From positions 62,001-126,000 of the forward strand of contig NIVC01000131.1 of NCBI GenBank assembly GCA_002269645.1: DNA of 64,000 nt, given 5' to 3'. Each line of letters begins with the position of its first letter. Within the stretch, counting starts at the first letter, position 1. Under the pieces are notes generated by a model, which was not told where the DNA came from, did no database searches, and saw only the letters and a list, made by a program, of their open reading frames with translations. Below, piece by piece: positions 50,946 to 62,742 of this stretch. The DNA is from Macrostomum lignano. Its lineage: Eukaryota. A program made the position numbers and the translations under genes.

Positions 50946-51539
50946 GTAACTAATGTACATGGCACCATAGGCATTTGATGCCGAAGTTACACTATTGTGG
51001 GCCCGGAATAGTGGTGTGGATGCGAAGCCCCCCCCCCCTAACTTGCGACCATAGACTATTTCATTCTTAAATGAATCAAACTAAGTAGATGGACTTATAG
51101 GCTATTCTAAAAGGTTTAGGATGCCCCTATGCAAGTGCAGTTCAGAAAGCAAGCTGCAAGTTGTCGATGTTCCTAACCTAACCTCATCTTTTTGTATGCG
51201 ATACAAACTTGTTTTGCACTTTCTGTTTTGATTAACTATCAAACTCCTTCCTATACGCAACCTCTATTTGAAATTCCGCTGTTTCTTAACGTCTAAAAAA
51301 TCAAAACTAAGTTATGATGGAATTTTGAAAACGAAAAGTAAAGTTACACGCAAAATAAATTATCTCGCAGCAAAGGCACTCAAATGTGAAATGTTATAAT
51401 GGCGCAAATAATGATATTGAAAAAATGAACTAGATAATATCGTGCTTCACAATAATACTCAAAGTTAACACAAATGAGATTTATGCAAATTTAACAAAAG
51501 ATAATATAAATTGATTACACCCACAGCTAGCTAAAGGCT

Positions 51540-51757
51540 GCGTACGGCTGTTCGGTCCAAGGACTGAGGGGGGGGGATCGAGAGGTCGCCACACCCACCC
51601 TTAAGTGCCCCAGCTAATGCTAGCACCCATTTTACAGCTGGGTGAACTGAAGCAATGCAGTTAAGTGTGTCGCTCAAGGACACAACTTCTTCCAGTGGGA
51701 TCGGGAATCGAACCCCCGGCCTTCAACCCAACTCTTTAACCACTAGGCTACAACGCC
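51540..51757 (-). mobile_element. tRNA-headed CORE-like SINE
   Basis: Minus strand: A-box TAGCCTAGTGG (51750-51740), B-box GGTTCGATTCC (51714-51704), then TGTGTCCTTGAGC..CTTAAC..GCTTCAGTTCACCCAGCTGTAAATGGG, resembling the CORE (MIR-core) domain as I recall it. Confidence 0.75.
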
Positions 51758-52457
51758 TTTCAACAACAGACAGCAAAATAACAAAAGAACAGACACCTTA
51801 GCACATCAAATCTAGATAGGCTTATTATATTAATATCATAGTAAATTCATTTTTATGCATTGGATGTCCAGCATCAGAAATAAACAAACCCGACATTGTG
51901 ATTAAAACAATGGAGTCTAGAGCGTGTGAAAAATATGCTTAAATTGATGGAGTGAATGTATAAAATAAATGTAAAACAGGCTAAGAAGTTGTTGAGTTAT
52001 CTTTTACAAGTTATTAACCATGTTATTTTTACATGAATGTAAATAATGTTTGAAAACTAACTGTTAGTTAGTGTGAGCAGCTGTGCTTGTATTGGAAAAC
52101 AACTTCAGTGAGAAAGGCTTCTAAAATATAAAAAACAGACGGTTCAGCTGCTGGAATGATTAGCTAGAGACCTGCGTTAGATTTTTTTGAAGCAAGACTA
52201 CTGAGGTTAAAGTTTCGCTTTAAATTAGTTTGTTAGCTGAAATTATCAACTGACCCATTTGCTGACATCATCAGCTGACATCATCAGCTGACATCATCAG
52301 CTGACATCATCAGCTGACAGTTAAAATTAGCCCTTCGCTGCTAATTTACTATACTTTGCATAATAGCTGTTTACGAGCTATAGATAGTCACATCTGCAAT
52401 GCATCAATTATAAAAAGTTTCCGGTGCAAAACGAAAGTAATGATATTTTTTCAAACT

Positions 52458-53832
52458 TCAAAAGTACGTAGTGATCTCCTGCTCTTCGAAGGTGTCACCG
52501 TGCCTGGCTGCGGTCGCCGGATGCGGCCGCTCCAGTTGGAATTCGCCGCGGGTAACCCGGCCGCCGGGAGGTGGCGACTTGTGAAGGTCGATGGTGACAG
52601 TTGAGCCGCCGCCGACGACGCTGCTGACACCGCCGCCGCCGCCGCTGCCACGACCTCCAGTTGGCGAAGAAGCCGAGTTCAGCTCGGCGTAGCCGGAGCT
52701 TCCCTCCTCGTATATGGGTGAAACGGAGGCGGCCGCGGCTGCGGAGCCGGCCAAAGCTGAGTCCTCATCAGTTGGATAGTCAGGCAGCGGGCGGGCCTTG
52801 CGCACAGTCAGCAGTAGGTGCGGCGACGCCTTCAACGCCACCACCGTGGCCGAGTGCGGCAGTCCGGAAAGGCGCTGACCGTTGGCCTCCAGCAGCTCGT
52901 CGCCGACCTCCAGGCCGACTTGCTCCGCTGGCGAGCCGACTTTCACAGACCGGATGAAGACGCCGTTGGGCCGGTCAGGCGGACCGTCGCTGGCCACTGA
53001 ACAGCCGACGCCGCCGGCGTCACGGACGTTCAAGAAGACCCGCACGGTGTCCCGGTGGGTGTTCAGCAGCTCTGGGGAGATGTGCTCCCAGCTGAGCGGA
53101 TCGTCCGGCACAATTCGCCTCGGGATGAGGCCGACCCGACGAACCCGGAGGCTGAGATCGTTGCGCGAGCGAACCAGGTCGGCCAGCTCGGCTGAGATCG
53201 CTCGATCGATGCGGAATCCGTTAACTCGGACCTGGAGGCGCCGGATTATTTGAGGTCATCAGTTCGAAATTAATAGGATGGAACAGGTGATGAGATATGA
53301 TCACAGATTATAAGACAATTACCCTATTATGTCACACCTTATTTTCCAAGAGCAATACAAAACAAAGCCGCCACAATTAAACTTAAAGTGATTTTACCAG
53401 TTCATCTCCCGGCATGAGCCCTTGCTCCCATGCGTGCGACCTCGGCCTAACGTAGGTCACGTAAAACCCGATGCCGTGCTCGGCGCCGCCCCGTACGCTG
53501 AACCCGTAGGGCTCCGGCTCGCCAAAAGCGCTACTGGCGGCGCCGCTTCGCTGCAGCTGGACCAGCGCCGGCCGATCCGATGGCGGTCTCAATGCCCTGG
53601 CATCGTAAGCGATCTGGTGCCGAAGCGGGATCAGTGGTCTGACAGCCTCGTAGAGGGGGATACGCCTGGGCGAGTTGACAAAACGGCGCATCTCGCGCAG
53701 CAGGCGCTCTAAGTCAAGGCTGGATCGGTATTCTCGAAGCATGCTATGGAATCGGTTCCGTTCATCCTCATCTGGCAGCAACTGCTCAACAGCTTCCCAG
53801 AAACTCTTCACTAGCCGCATATCCGTTGTCAT
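52458..53832 (-). CDS. USH1C: Harmonin (USH1C)-like scaffold: harmonin-N domain + PDZ1 + PDZ2, ~402 aa as modelled
   Basis: Exons 53832-53398 and 53231-52458 (phase 0). RIPLYEAVRPLIPLRHQIAYD (compare harmonin [21 protein letters not shown]), GFSVRGGAEHG, PDDPLSW, GVGCSVASDGP..GVFIRSVKVGSPAEQVGLEVGD; a weak donor at 52467 could extend the gene. Confidence 0.85.
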
Positions 53833-55035
53833 GTCGAAGTGGCATTAATATAGAATAAGTATAGATTGATGTTTGAATGGCTTATACTTTTGCGAAAATA
53901 CAAAGACAATAAAAGCCAACTAGCAACAACCTACTTGCTTAACTAACCACATGGCATATATATGAAGCATTAAAAATATTTAAACATTGATATTAATTGC
54001 AGCAAAATAACAATTCATATGAAGTTTCTATTCGTTATGCACAAATTGCTTATTAATTTTATTCCACCAACAATTTGTACTATACTTCTTTATATAAAAT
54101 AGCTGGATTTGACAAACAGTGCATAAATTGCATTTTGATAGTGCATTAAATTTATAATGCTTTATAAAAGAGATAATTTTACAAAGCATTCATTTATCAA
54201 GTAAAAAAACTTAAGTTTAAAAAAATTAAAGATAAAATAACTATATTTCCTTCAGTTGTAGATTCTAGATTATTTATCTAATTATCTTTATCAAATTTTA
54301 ATTAATTAATAAACTAATTAAGCTATAGGATATTCGTATAGATTATATATCTAGTTCTATAGCAAAGCACTATAAAATATTATAGGTAATATAATACAAT
54401 ATATAGTATAGGTAAAAAATGAGAGGATGTGCAAATGGAAGCCTTTTGATATTACATTTGAATTTACTATTTAGAATACCACAAGCAAATACTTCATGGA
54501 GCCTGGCATGTACACTCTACAGGTAAAGAATAATATATTAAAAACCTCAAATTCGGCTCATTTCGAAGTGGATTTTAAACAAGTTTTTTTACATTTAGGA
54601 GTGGGCCGAACATAGCATCAGCATAGCAAAGAACAGAAATTTAAGTTTTGTAACGACCTCGATCCCGACATTCATAATTGGCAATTGACGTTAATATTAA
54701 AATTAATACTGACACTCCTAAATATAGCTATAGTTTTCGTTTTTACTTAACTCTAAAAAGTAGTATAGTAAGATATGCTAAAATTAATAGTATTCTTTTG
54801 TTTAAATAATAATTATAAGCTCTATCCTACAGTTTTTGTTTTAGTACTTAATGTTTTAGCTGCTTTGCGCAATCCGGCGTAGTTAGAAACATAAAACAGC
54901 AAACGACGACGCTTTTCTTAACTTTATTAGCTAACAGTCAAGACAAAGCCAACTGGCCACTACGAGAACTCCATTGTACCTTTAAGAATTTGTATCAATT
55001 GCCATACACGTCGAATTTTAGTGAACACTTTCGCA

Positions 55036-58000
55036 ATGACATCAGAATTAACAGGAATAAAGAAGCGCGTATGCTATTATTATGATGGTAGGTATAAAAA
55101 TTATCATTTATGAAAATGATGCTATTCTTCAAATTATTTTTTATTTGATTCAAAACGATGTTTACAATGTCTAACCTTTAGTTGCATTTGATGCATTTGA
55201 TAATAAAATCTGGATCTTAACTTCCTTCATGTCAGTAAAATAATTTTTGATGGAATAAATGGTAACTATATAATATTATAGTTCTTACTTAAGTCAAGAC
55301 TTGTTAGTGATGCTTTTAGTTTATGTCCTAGCAATTTATAATATTTGTCTTTGTGTTTTTAAGTGGCGCCTAGACTTATTGCAAGATGTAAAAATGCACT
55401 GTGATTAATTTTAAGAATTAAAATGCACTCAGCTCTGTGATTTCAGGCCTGTCTTTAAAATGTTACCTGTGTTATGATTTTGTGCATAATTTTCAAAGCA
55501 AATATTTTAAAATGTGTACAAATGTAAAATAATATTTTTAGGGCCTTTTAGGGCCATATAGCTAGGTCATCTTGTTACTAACTTATAATATTGGCCTATG
55601 TTGTTTAAATTAGATAAATATTATAGATAAGAATATTAATTGCAAGCCCAAAATATTAATTTTAAGGAATTTACTCTTGTAACAGATTCATTTTTAGCAA
55701 CAATGAAATCAGTAATAGCAAAGATAGGCACTAAGGTACTATGTAGTTGTAGTTTTAATATTTGATAAAATGCCTAAGAGTAAAAGGCAAGTTCATAGAA
55801 AAATAAAAAAAGGTTTATTCAAATATCTTTGCTAATATTTTTTGGTCTCCTATCATTTTATTTTTCTACATCCCTTGTAAAGATAAGTGGCTATTTAGTT
55901 GCCATGTGGCTTTGCCAATAATAGCCCTTTCTGGTTGCAAGAAATATTGCTTTTAGGGACTTCTGGAAATTAAGTTATATAAATTAGTTCCAGTTTTAAT
56001 AAGATCATACTTTTGTTTTTGAGAGTGCTAATTTCAAATTTAGGCTTTGTTTCTACATTGCTTTTTTCAAAATTCATGTTGCCTAAAACCAGGGTATAGA
56101 GAATGGGTGCTTTAGGATTCTATGGTTATTGCCTTTCCTAGTTACAATATATATTAATTTTTTAAATAGGGCTAAGTATATTTTTCAAATACTCTTTTAT
56201 CTATGCTACATAGGACCTGACTAATATGCTCTTAATTTGACACTGTCTAGTACATAAATAAAAAGTTGAAAAATAAACATTTTTTATAATTTGTTTATAT
56301 TTGCTACATATAAGCAACAAATATACTTAGTTATAGATAGTTATTTTTATAAGATAAAATTTTACAAGAAAAGACAATTATGATGTAAGACAAATTATTT
56401 TTTATTTTAGTAAATAGCATATAACCTTACTTAAAAATGTCTGTTTGAATTCTATTAGTTGAGTTTTTTTGTTAGCAGTTGCATAATAATAGAATGCATA
56501 GCTTTCTCAAACTCATCTTATATTACAATTACATTAGGAGGCATACAATTGTATAAACAGACCAGAATCCTTCCAAGAATACATGAATACTTCTTTCATT
56601 TTTTAGAGCATTCATTAAAAGGGATGCATTTTAATTTTTTAAGTATCTACTAAACTTAATAAAACAACAACCCCCACCATGCCCAGGCGACATTGGCAAC
56701 TACTACTATGGCCAGGGCCACCCCATGAAGCCGCACCGCATCAGGATGACGCACAACCTGCTGCTCAACTACGGCCTGTACCGCAAGATGGAGATCTACC
56801 GGCCGCACAAGGCCACGGCCGAGGAGATGACGCGTTTCCATAGCGACGACTACATCAAGTTCCTGCGCTCCATCCGGCCGGACAACATGCACGAGTTCAA
56901 CAAGCAGATGCAGCGCTTCAACGTCGGCGAGGACTGCCCCGTGTTCGACGGCCTGTACGAGTTCTGCCAGCTCAGCACGGGCGGCTCCATCGCCGGCGCC
57001 GTCAAGCTGAACAAGGGCGCCACCGACATCGCCATCAACTGGGGCGGCGGCCTTCACCACGCCAAGAAGTCCGAGGCGTCCGGCTTCTGCTACGTCAACG
57101 ACATCGTGCTGGCCATCCTGGAGCTGCTCAAGTACCACCAGCGGGTTCTGTACGTCGACATCGACATCCACCACGGAGACGGCGTCGAGGAGGCCTTCTA
57201 CACCACCGACCGCGTCATGACCGTCTCGTTTCACAAGTACGGCGAGTACTTTCCCGGCACCGGCGACCTCAAAGACATCGGGGCCGGCCGGGGCAAGCAC
57301 TACGCTGTGAACTTTCCGCTGAGGGACGGCATTGACGATGAGGCATTTGAGCAGATCTTTGCCCCCGTCATCACCAAGGTCATGGAGCACTACAGGCCCT
57401 CCGCCACCGTTCTGCAGTGCGGTGCCGACTCTCTGGCTGGGGACCGCCTTGGCTGCTTCAACCTGTCGCTGAAGGGCCACGGCCGCTGCGTCCAGTTCAT
57501 GAAGAAGTTCGACACCCCCCTGCTGTTGCTGGGTGGCGGCGGCTACACCATCAGGTGAGCTGGTAGCCTCATCTGGGATGCTGGGTGCCTCATCTGGGAT
57601 GCTGGAGCCTCATCTGGGATGCTGGGGCCTCATCTATTGTAGGATGCTGGGGCCTCATCTGGGATGCTAAGTGCCTCATCTGGGATTCTTTCTTGATGCC
57701 TAATCTTTGATGCTGTGCCTCATGCTAAGTGTGTCATCTGGGATACTGGGTGACTCTTCTGGGATGATGGGTGCCTTATCTGGGGTGCTTCTAAGTGCTT
57801 CATCTGGGATGCTGGGCGCTGCGGCCAACTGATCCCAAAATTGCCCCCAATTTCTAGAAACGTGACCAGCTGATCCCAAAATTGCCCCCAATTTCTAGAA
57901 ACGTGACCAGCTGATCCCAAAATTGCCCCCAATTTCTAGAAACGTGACCAGCTGATCCCAAAATCGCCCCCAATTTCCTAGAAACGTGACCAGCTGATCC

Positions 58001-59324
58001 CAAAATCGCCCCCAATTTCCTAGAAACGTGACCAGCTGATCCCAAAATTGCCTCCAATTTCTAGAAACGTGACCAGCTGATCCCAAAATCGCCCCCAATT
58101 CCTAGAAACGTGACCAGCTGATCCGAAAATCGCCCCCAATTTCCTAGAAACGTGACCAGCTGATCCCAAAATCGCCCCCAATTCCTAGAAACGTGACCAG
58201 CTGATCCCAAAATCGCCCTCAATTCCTAAAAACGTGACCAGCTGATCCCAAAATCGCCCCCAAATTCCTAGAAACGTGACCAGCTGATCCCAAAATCGCC
58301 CCCAATTCCTAGAAACGTGACCAGCTGATCCCAAAATCTTCCTAGAAACGTGACCAGCTGATCCCAAAATCTTCCCCAATTCCTAGAAACGTGACCAGCT
58401 GATCCCAAAATCATTCCCAATTCCTAGAAACGTGGCCCGCTGCTGGACCTACGAGACGGCCATCGCCCTGGGCCAGGAGATTCCAAACGAGCTGCCCTAC
58501 AATGACTACTTTGAGTACTTCGGGCCGGATTTCAAGCTGCACATTCAGCCGTCGAACATGTCCAACCAGAACACGCCCGAGTACCTGGAGAAGATCAAAA
58601 CTCGGCTGCTGGAGAATCTGCGAATGCTGCCGAACTCGCCTGGGGTGCAGATGCAGGGTGCGTGTCTGGCGCTGCCTGCGGTTCTTTGCTAATGGCTTTT
58701 TAATTTGGGATGGGGGTGCATAAAGAAGATAAACTCTTGATTTGATATACACTGTGAATTAAGTAGAATCCCCTGCCATAAAATCCCAGCCATTGGAATC
58801 TCCATCAGTAGAATCCCATATAGGGTTATAGTGAAAGGAATGCCAGTTATCCCTGTGGTTGATTTCTCCTGTTTTTACTTTACAGTTGCATATTGCTACT
58901 AACGAGTAGCAAGTATGAGATTTGTTGCACTAAAATTCTATAGATTTTTTAAATTTTACTTTGAAGAATTTCATATTGCTACTAATAAGTAGCAAGTTGA
59001 GCATTCGCAATCAGTAGTTTCCATTCCCCAACGCCGCCAGACATCCCCGAAGACGGCATGGCGGTTGACGAGGACGTCGCCCAGGAGGAGGTGGAGCAGG
59101 ACCGCGGCAAGCGGGACGAGCAGCGGGTGAGCATCCGCTCCTCGGACAAGCGCGTCTCCGGCGACAACGAGCTCAGCGACAGCGAATACGAGGCCGGCGA
59201 CGGCAGGCGCGACTCGAGGTCGCACAAGCGGCAGAAGCGGGACAGCCGGGGCGAGACGGCCGCCGCCTCTGCCGCTGGCAAGGCCGCCGAGAACGGAGAC
59301 GGCACAGCGGCCAAGACCGACTGA
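55036..59324 (+). CDS. HDAC1: Class I histone deacetylase (HDAC1/2, Rpd3), 4 exons, 477 aa
   Basis: Exons 55036-55087, 56687-57554, 58428-58657, 59041-59324 (1434 nt, phases consistent). Motifs [74 protein letters not shown]. Confidence 0.97.
57565..57830. repeat. Degenerate ~20-bp repeat GCCTCATCTGGGATGCTGG at the start of HDAC1 intron 2
   Basis: About 11 diverged copies. Confidence 0.88.
57835..58437. repeat. ~40-42 bp minisatellite whose unit contains the HDAC1 exon-3 acceptor (CCCCAATTCCTAG|AAACGTG)
   Basis: About 15 units; the last overlaps the functional intron/exon junction at 58427/58428. Confidence 0.96.
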
Positions 59325-60347
59325 TGCTTGTGTGTGTTTGTCATCTGTTTAACAGCTCATACTGAACCATTCATTCTCGCGATTGTGTTCAATGTATGTT
59401 CCATGTTCTATTGGGCTTTTTGTTGTCATTTTGTTCAACCAAAATCACAGATGCTAAAATAATTAGCTGGGCCAATCAGGCATATATACTTTAAGTTCAG
59501 TAGCAAAGAAGAATACATAAGCTATTTTATAAAAATAAAGGCAGCTGAAATGACTTTGATAAGCTCAGAAGCCCAAGCTTGCAGGCGTAAAAAACTTGCT
59601 AATTGGTTCGGCAATAATTTACATTAGCCAGTCCACTGAAATTTACATGACAGCTTTTGGCGGGAATTCCGAGAAAGGCAATTAAAATTAGGGCGGGGCG
59701 AGGGTAGTGCGGAAAAACGCGGCTGGAGGGTTTAAGCTGGGGGGGGGTAAGAGCAAATAAAATGAGCCTTGACTTTAAAAATACATTAAAATGCTTGTTT
59801 AACTTGCTACTGAACTGAAAGTAGTTTGCACGAAAATGTGCTGAGTGGCCCATCTAATTTTTCTATTATCTGTGACCAAAATTAAACGCTCGAAAATAAA
59901 ATGGCAGCCTCAGGCTTGCGTTTTTCAAGTCGGCAATTTCTACCTTGCAAACTGAACATTTTTGCCGGCGCAGTTTTATTGGAGATTTTCGGACACCGAT
60001 GCCCGCGCGAGTTGAAGTAGTGAAATTGGATCTGATGCATGCTATGGCGGCTTTTTATGTAATTTATATCCCTAATTTATATCCCTATCTACCCAATAAG
60101 TGTAGCTAACGTGTATTTTTAGGTTTGCAAACACGCAGCTGTGTGTTAAAAAATGTTCACCCGCCCTTCCCCACGGCTACTGTAGCAACAGTGTCAACCA
60201 GCTGCTAATATAATTACACGAGTAATTGTCGGAATCTGAACAAGTTTAACAATACTGTCATCGTGTGCAATTAATGTTGTTATAACCCGACTCGGATTCG
60301 ACTGGAGAACAATTTAATCATGCATTTTTAAGTTTATTTGCATAATT

Positions 60348-61303
60348 CATACCAGCTAGATGCAGATGTACATGTATTTGTACATGCTATTTAAGGGAAG
60401 CTTAAGATGCCCATACCAGCTAGATGCAGATGTACATGTATTTGTGCATGCTGCTTAAGGGAAGCTTAAGATGCCAACCAGCTAGATGCAGATGTACATG
60501 TATTTGTACATGCTATTTAAGGGAAGCTTAAGATGCCCATACCAGCTAGATGCAGATGTACATGTATTTGTGCATGCTGCTTAAGGGAAGCTTAAGATGC
60601 CAACCAGCTAGATGAAGATGTACATGTATTTGTGCATGCTACTTAAGGGAAGCTTAAGATGCCCATACCAGCTAGATGCAGATGTACATGTATTTGTGCA
60701 TGCTACTTAAGGGAAGCTTAAGATGCCCATACCAGCTAGATGCAGATGTACATGTATTTGTGCATGCTACTTAAGGGAAGCTTAAGATGCCCATACCAGC
60801 TAGATGCAGATGTACATGTATTTGTACATGCTATTTAAGGGAAGCTTAAGATGCCCATACCAGCTAGATGCAGATGTACATGTATTTGTGCATGCTGCTT
60901 AAGGGAAGCTTAAGATGCCAACCAGCTAGATGCAGATGTACATGTATTTGTGCATGCTACTTAAGGGAAGCTTAAGATGCCCATACCAGCTAGATGCAGA
61001 TGTACATGTATTTGTACATGCTATTTAAGGGAAGCTTAAGATGCCCATACCAGCTAGATGCAGATGTACATGTATTTGTGCATGCTGCTTAAGGGAAGCT
61101 TAAGATGCCAACCAGCTAGATGCAGATGTACATGTATTTGTGCATGCTGCTTAAGGGAAGCTTAAGATGCCAACCAGCTAGATGCAGATGTACATGTATT
61201 TGTGCATGCTACTTAAGGGAAGCTTAAGATGCCCATACCAGCTAGATGCAGATGTACATGTATTTGTACATGCTATTTAAGGGAAGCTTAAGATGCCCAT
61301 ACC
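60348..61303. repeat. Tandem repeat, 62/64-bp unit rich in short palindromes, ~15 copies
   Basis: ACCAGCTAGATGCAGATGTACATGTATTTGTGCATGCTACTTAAGGGAAGCTTAAGATGCCCAT. Confidence 0.97.
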
Positions 61304-61728
61304 ACCCTACTCTCCTTGCATGGATAAATCATGGATGAAGCATCCATGATGCCATGTATGGATCATACCTGAACATGTATGGAGCCATACCTGATCATAC
61401 ATGGTTCCACGTAAACTTCATCCATGGTTACTTTCCATCCATGTACATTGATGTATGATTTTAAATATAATTTTCCTTACTACACTACTGTTAGTAGAAC
61501 GCAATGTTTGCGTAGGTTCATTTTAAAGCTGAAATTTTCTAAACAAATTCGGCAGCATCTTTAGTGCTGCTGAGAAATATGTTTCCATTCCCTTATAAAT
61601 CACTTTCAAAACAAAAAAGTATCAGAACAAATACTTATGCAATTAAATGTAGAAGTAATTGAAAACTCGTATGATGACCATTTCGAGACTTATATTATTA
61701 ATGATAATTAGGCATAATTCATTTCAAA

Positions 61729-62411
61729 GTACTGTAAGAAAAAATAAGACAGCTCAGTCTCAGAGAGCTTTAAAATACAGAATGGACAGAATTTGACGCA
61801 TTTCAAGGTACTGTAAGAAAAAATAAGACAGCTCAGAGAGCTTTAAAATACAGAATAGACAGAATTTGACGCATTTCAAGGTACTGTAAGAAAAAATAAA
61901 ACAGCTCAGAGAGCTTTAAAATACAGAATAGACAGAATTTGACGCATTTCAAGGTACTGTAAGAAAAAATAAAACAGCTCAGAGAGCTTTAAAATACAGA
62001 ATAGACAGAATTTGACGCATTTCAAGGTACTGTAAGAAAAAATAAAACAGCTCAGAGAGCTTTAAAATACAGAATAGACAGAATTTGACGCATTTCAAGG
62101 TACTGTAAGAAAAATAAAACAGCTCAGAGAGCTTTAAGATACAGAATAGACAGAATTTGACGCATTTCAAGGTACTGTAAGAAAAAATAAAACAGCTCAG
62201 AGAGCTTTAAAATACAGAATAGACAGAATTTGACGCATTTCAAGGTACTGTAAGAAAAATAAAACAGCTCAGAGAGCTTTAAGATACAGAATAGACAGAA
62301 TTTGACGCATTTCAAGGTACTGTAAGAAAAAATAAAACAGCTCAGAGAGCTTTAAGATACAGAATAGACAGAATTTGACGCATTTCAAGGTACTGTAAGA
62401 AAAAATAAAAC
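61729..62411. repeat. Tandem repeat, 73-bp unit, ~9 copies, downstream of the transposase (possible subterminal repeat)
   Basis: Period 61808 to 61881. Confidence 0.97.
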
Positions 62412-62742
62412 AGTAAATTTTACTGAACAGTCAATAAATAGAATTAGCCGAATTCGGTACGCATTAAGGGCAAGGGCCGACTAATCCTTTACGAAACGAA
62501 GTTAATGCTGCATTAGTCAATTATTTGCGCACAGAAACTTGGAGATTTTGAATATGGAGAGATCGGACAAAGAGAGGTAACGGTGGGAGTCTGAGAGGGA
62601 GGAAGTTGGGCATCTGGAAAGTTATTCTGATTCCCTGATGGTTTTATCTTGGTCATGGAGCATAATTTTATTTTCTGCCAGACTTTGCAGCATTAATAAT
62701 AAAATAATCGGATCTAAGGTACGGACACATACTCGTACCTTT

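Noticed and set aside
51700-51757. tRNA gene (A and B boxes); also about 44780
   Set aside because: No acceptor stem or cloverleaf; continues into a SINE body.
52260-52320. 13-bp repeat GCTGACATCATCA (4-5 copies) resembling CRE/AP-1 sites
   Set aside because: Non-consensus and located at a gene 3' end; indistinguishable from ordinary slippage.
56656-57480. 274-aa antisense ORF over HDAC1; likewise 22773-23288, 25824-26560, 40613-41107 and 52882-53253
   Set aside because: Shadow ORFs of GC3-rich coding exons.
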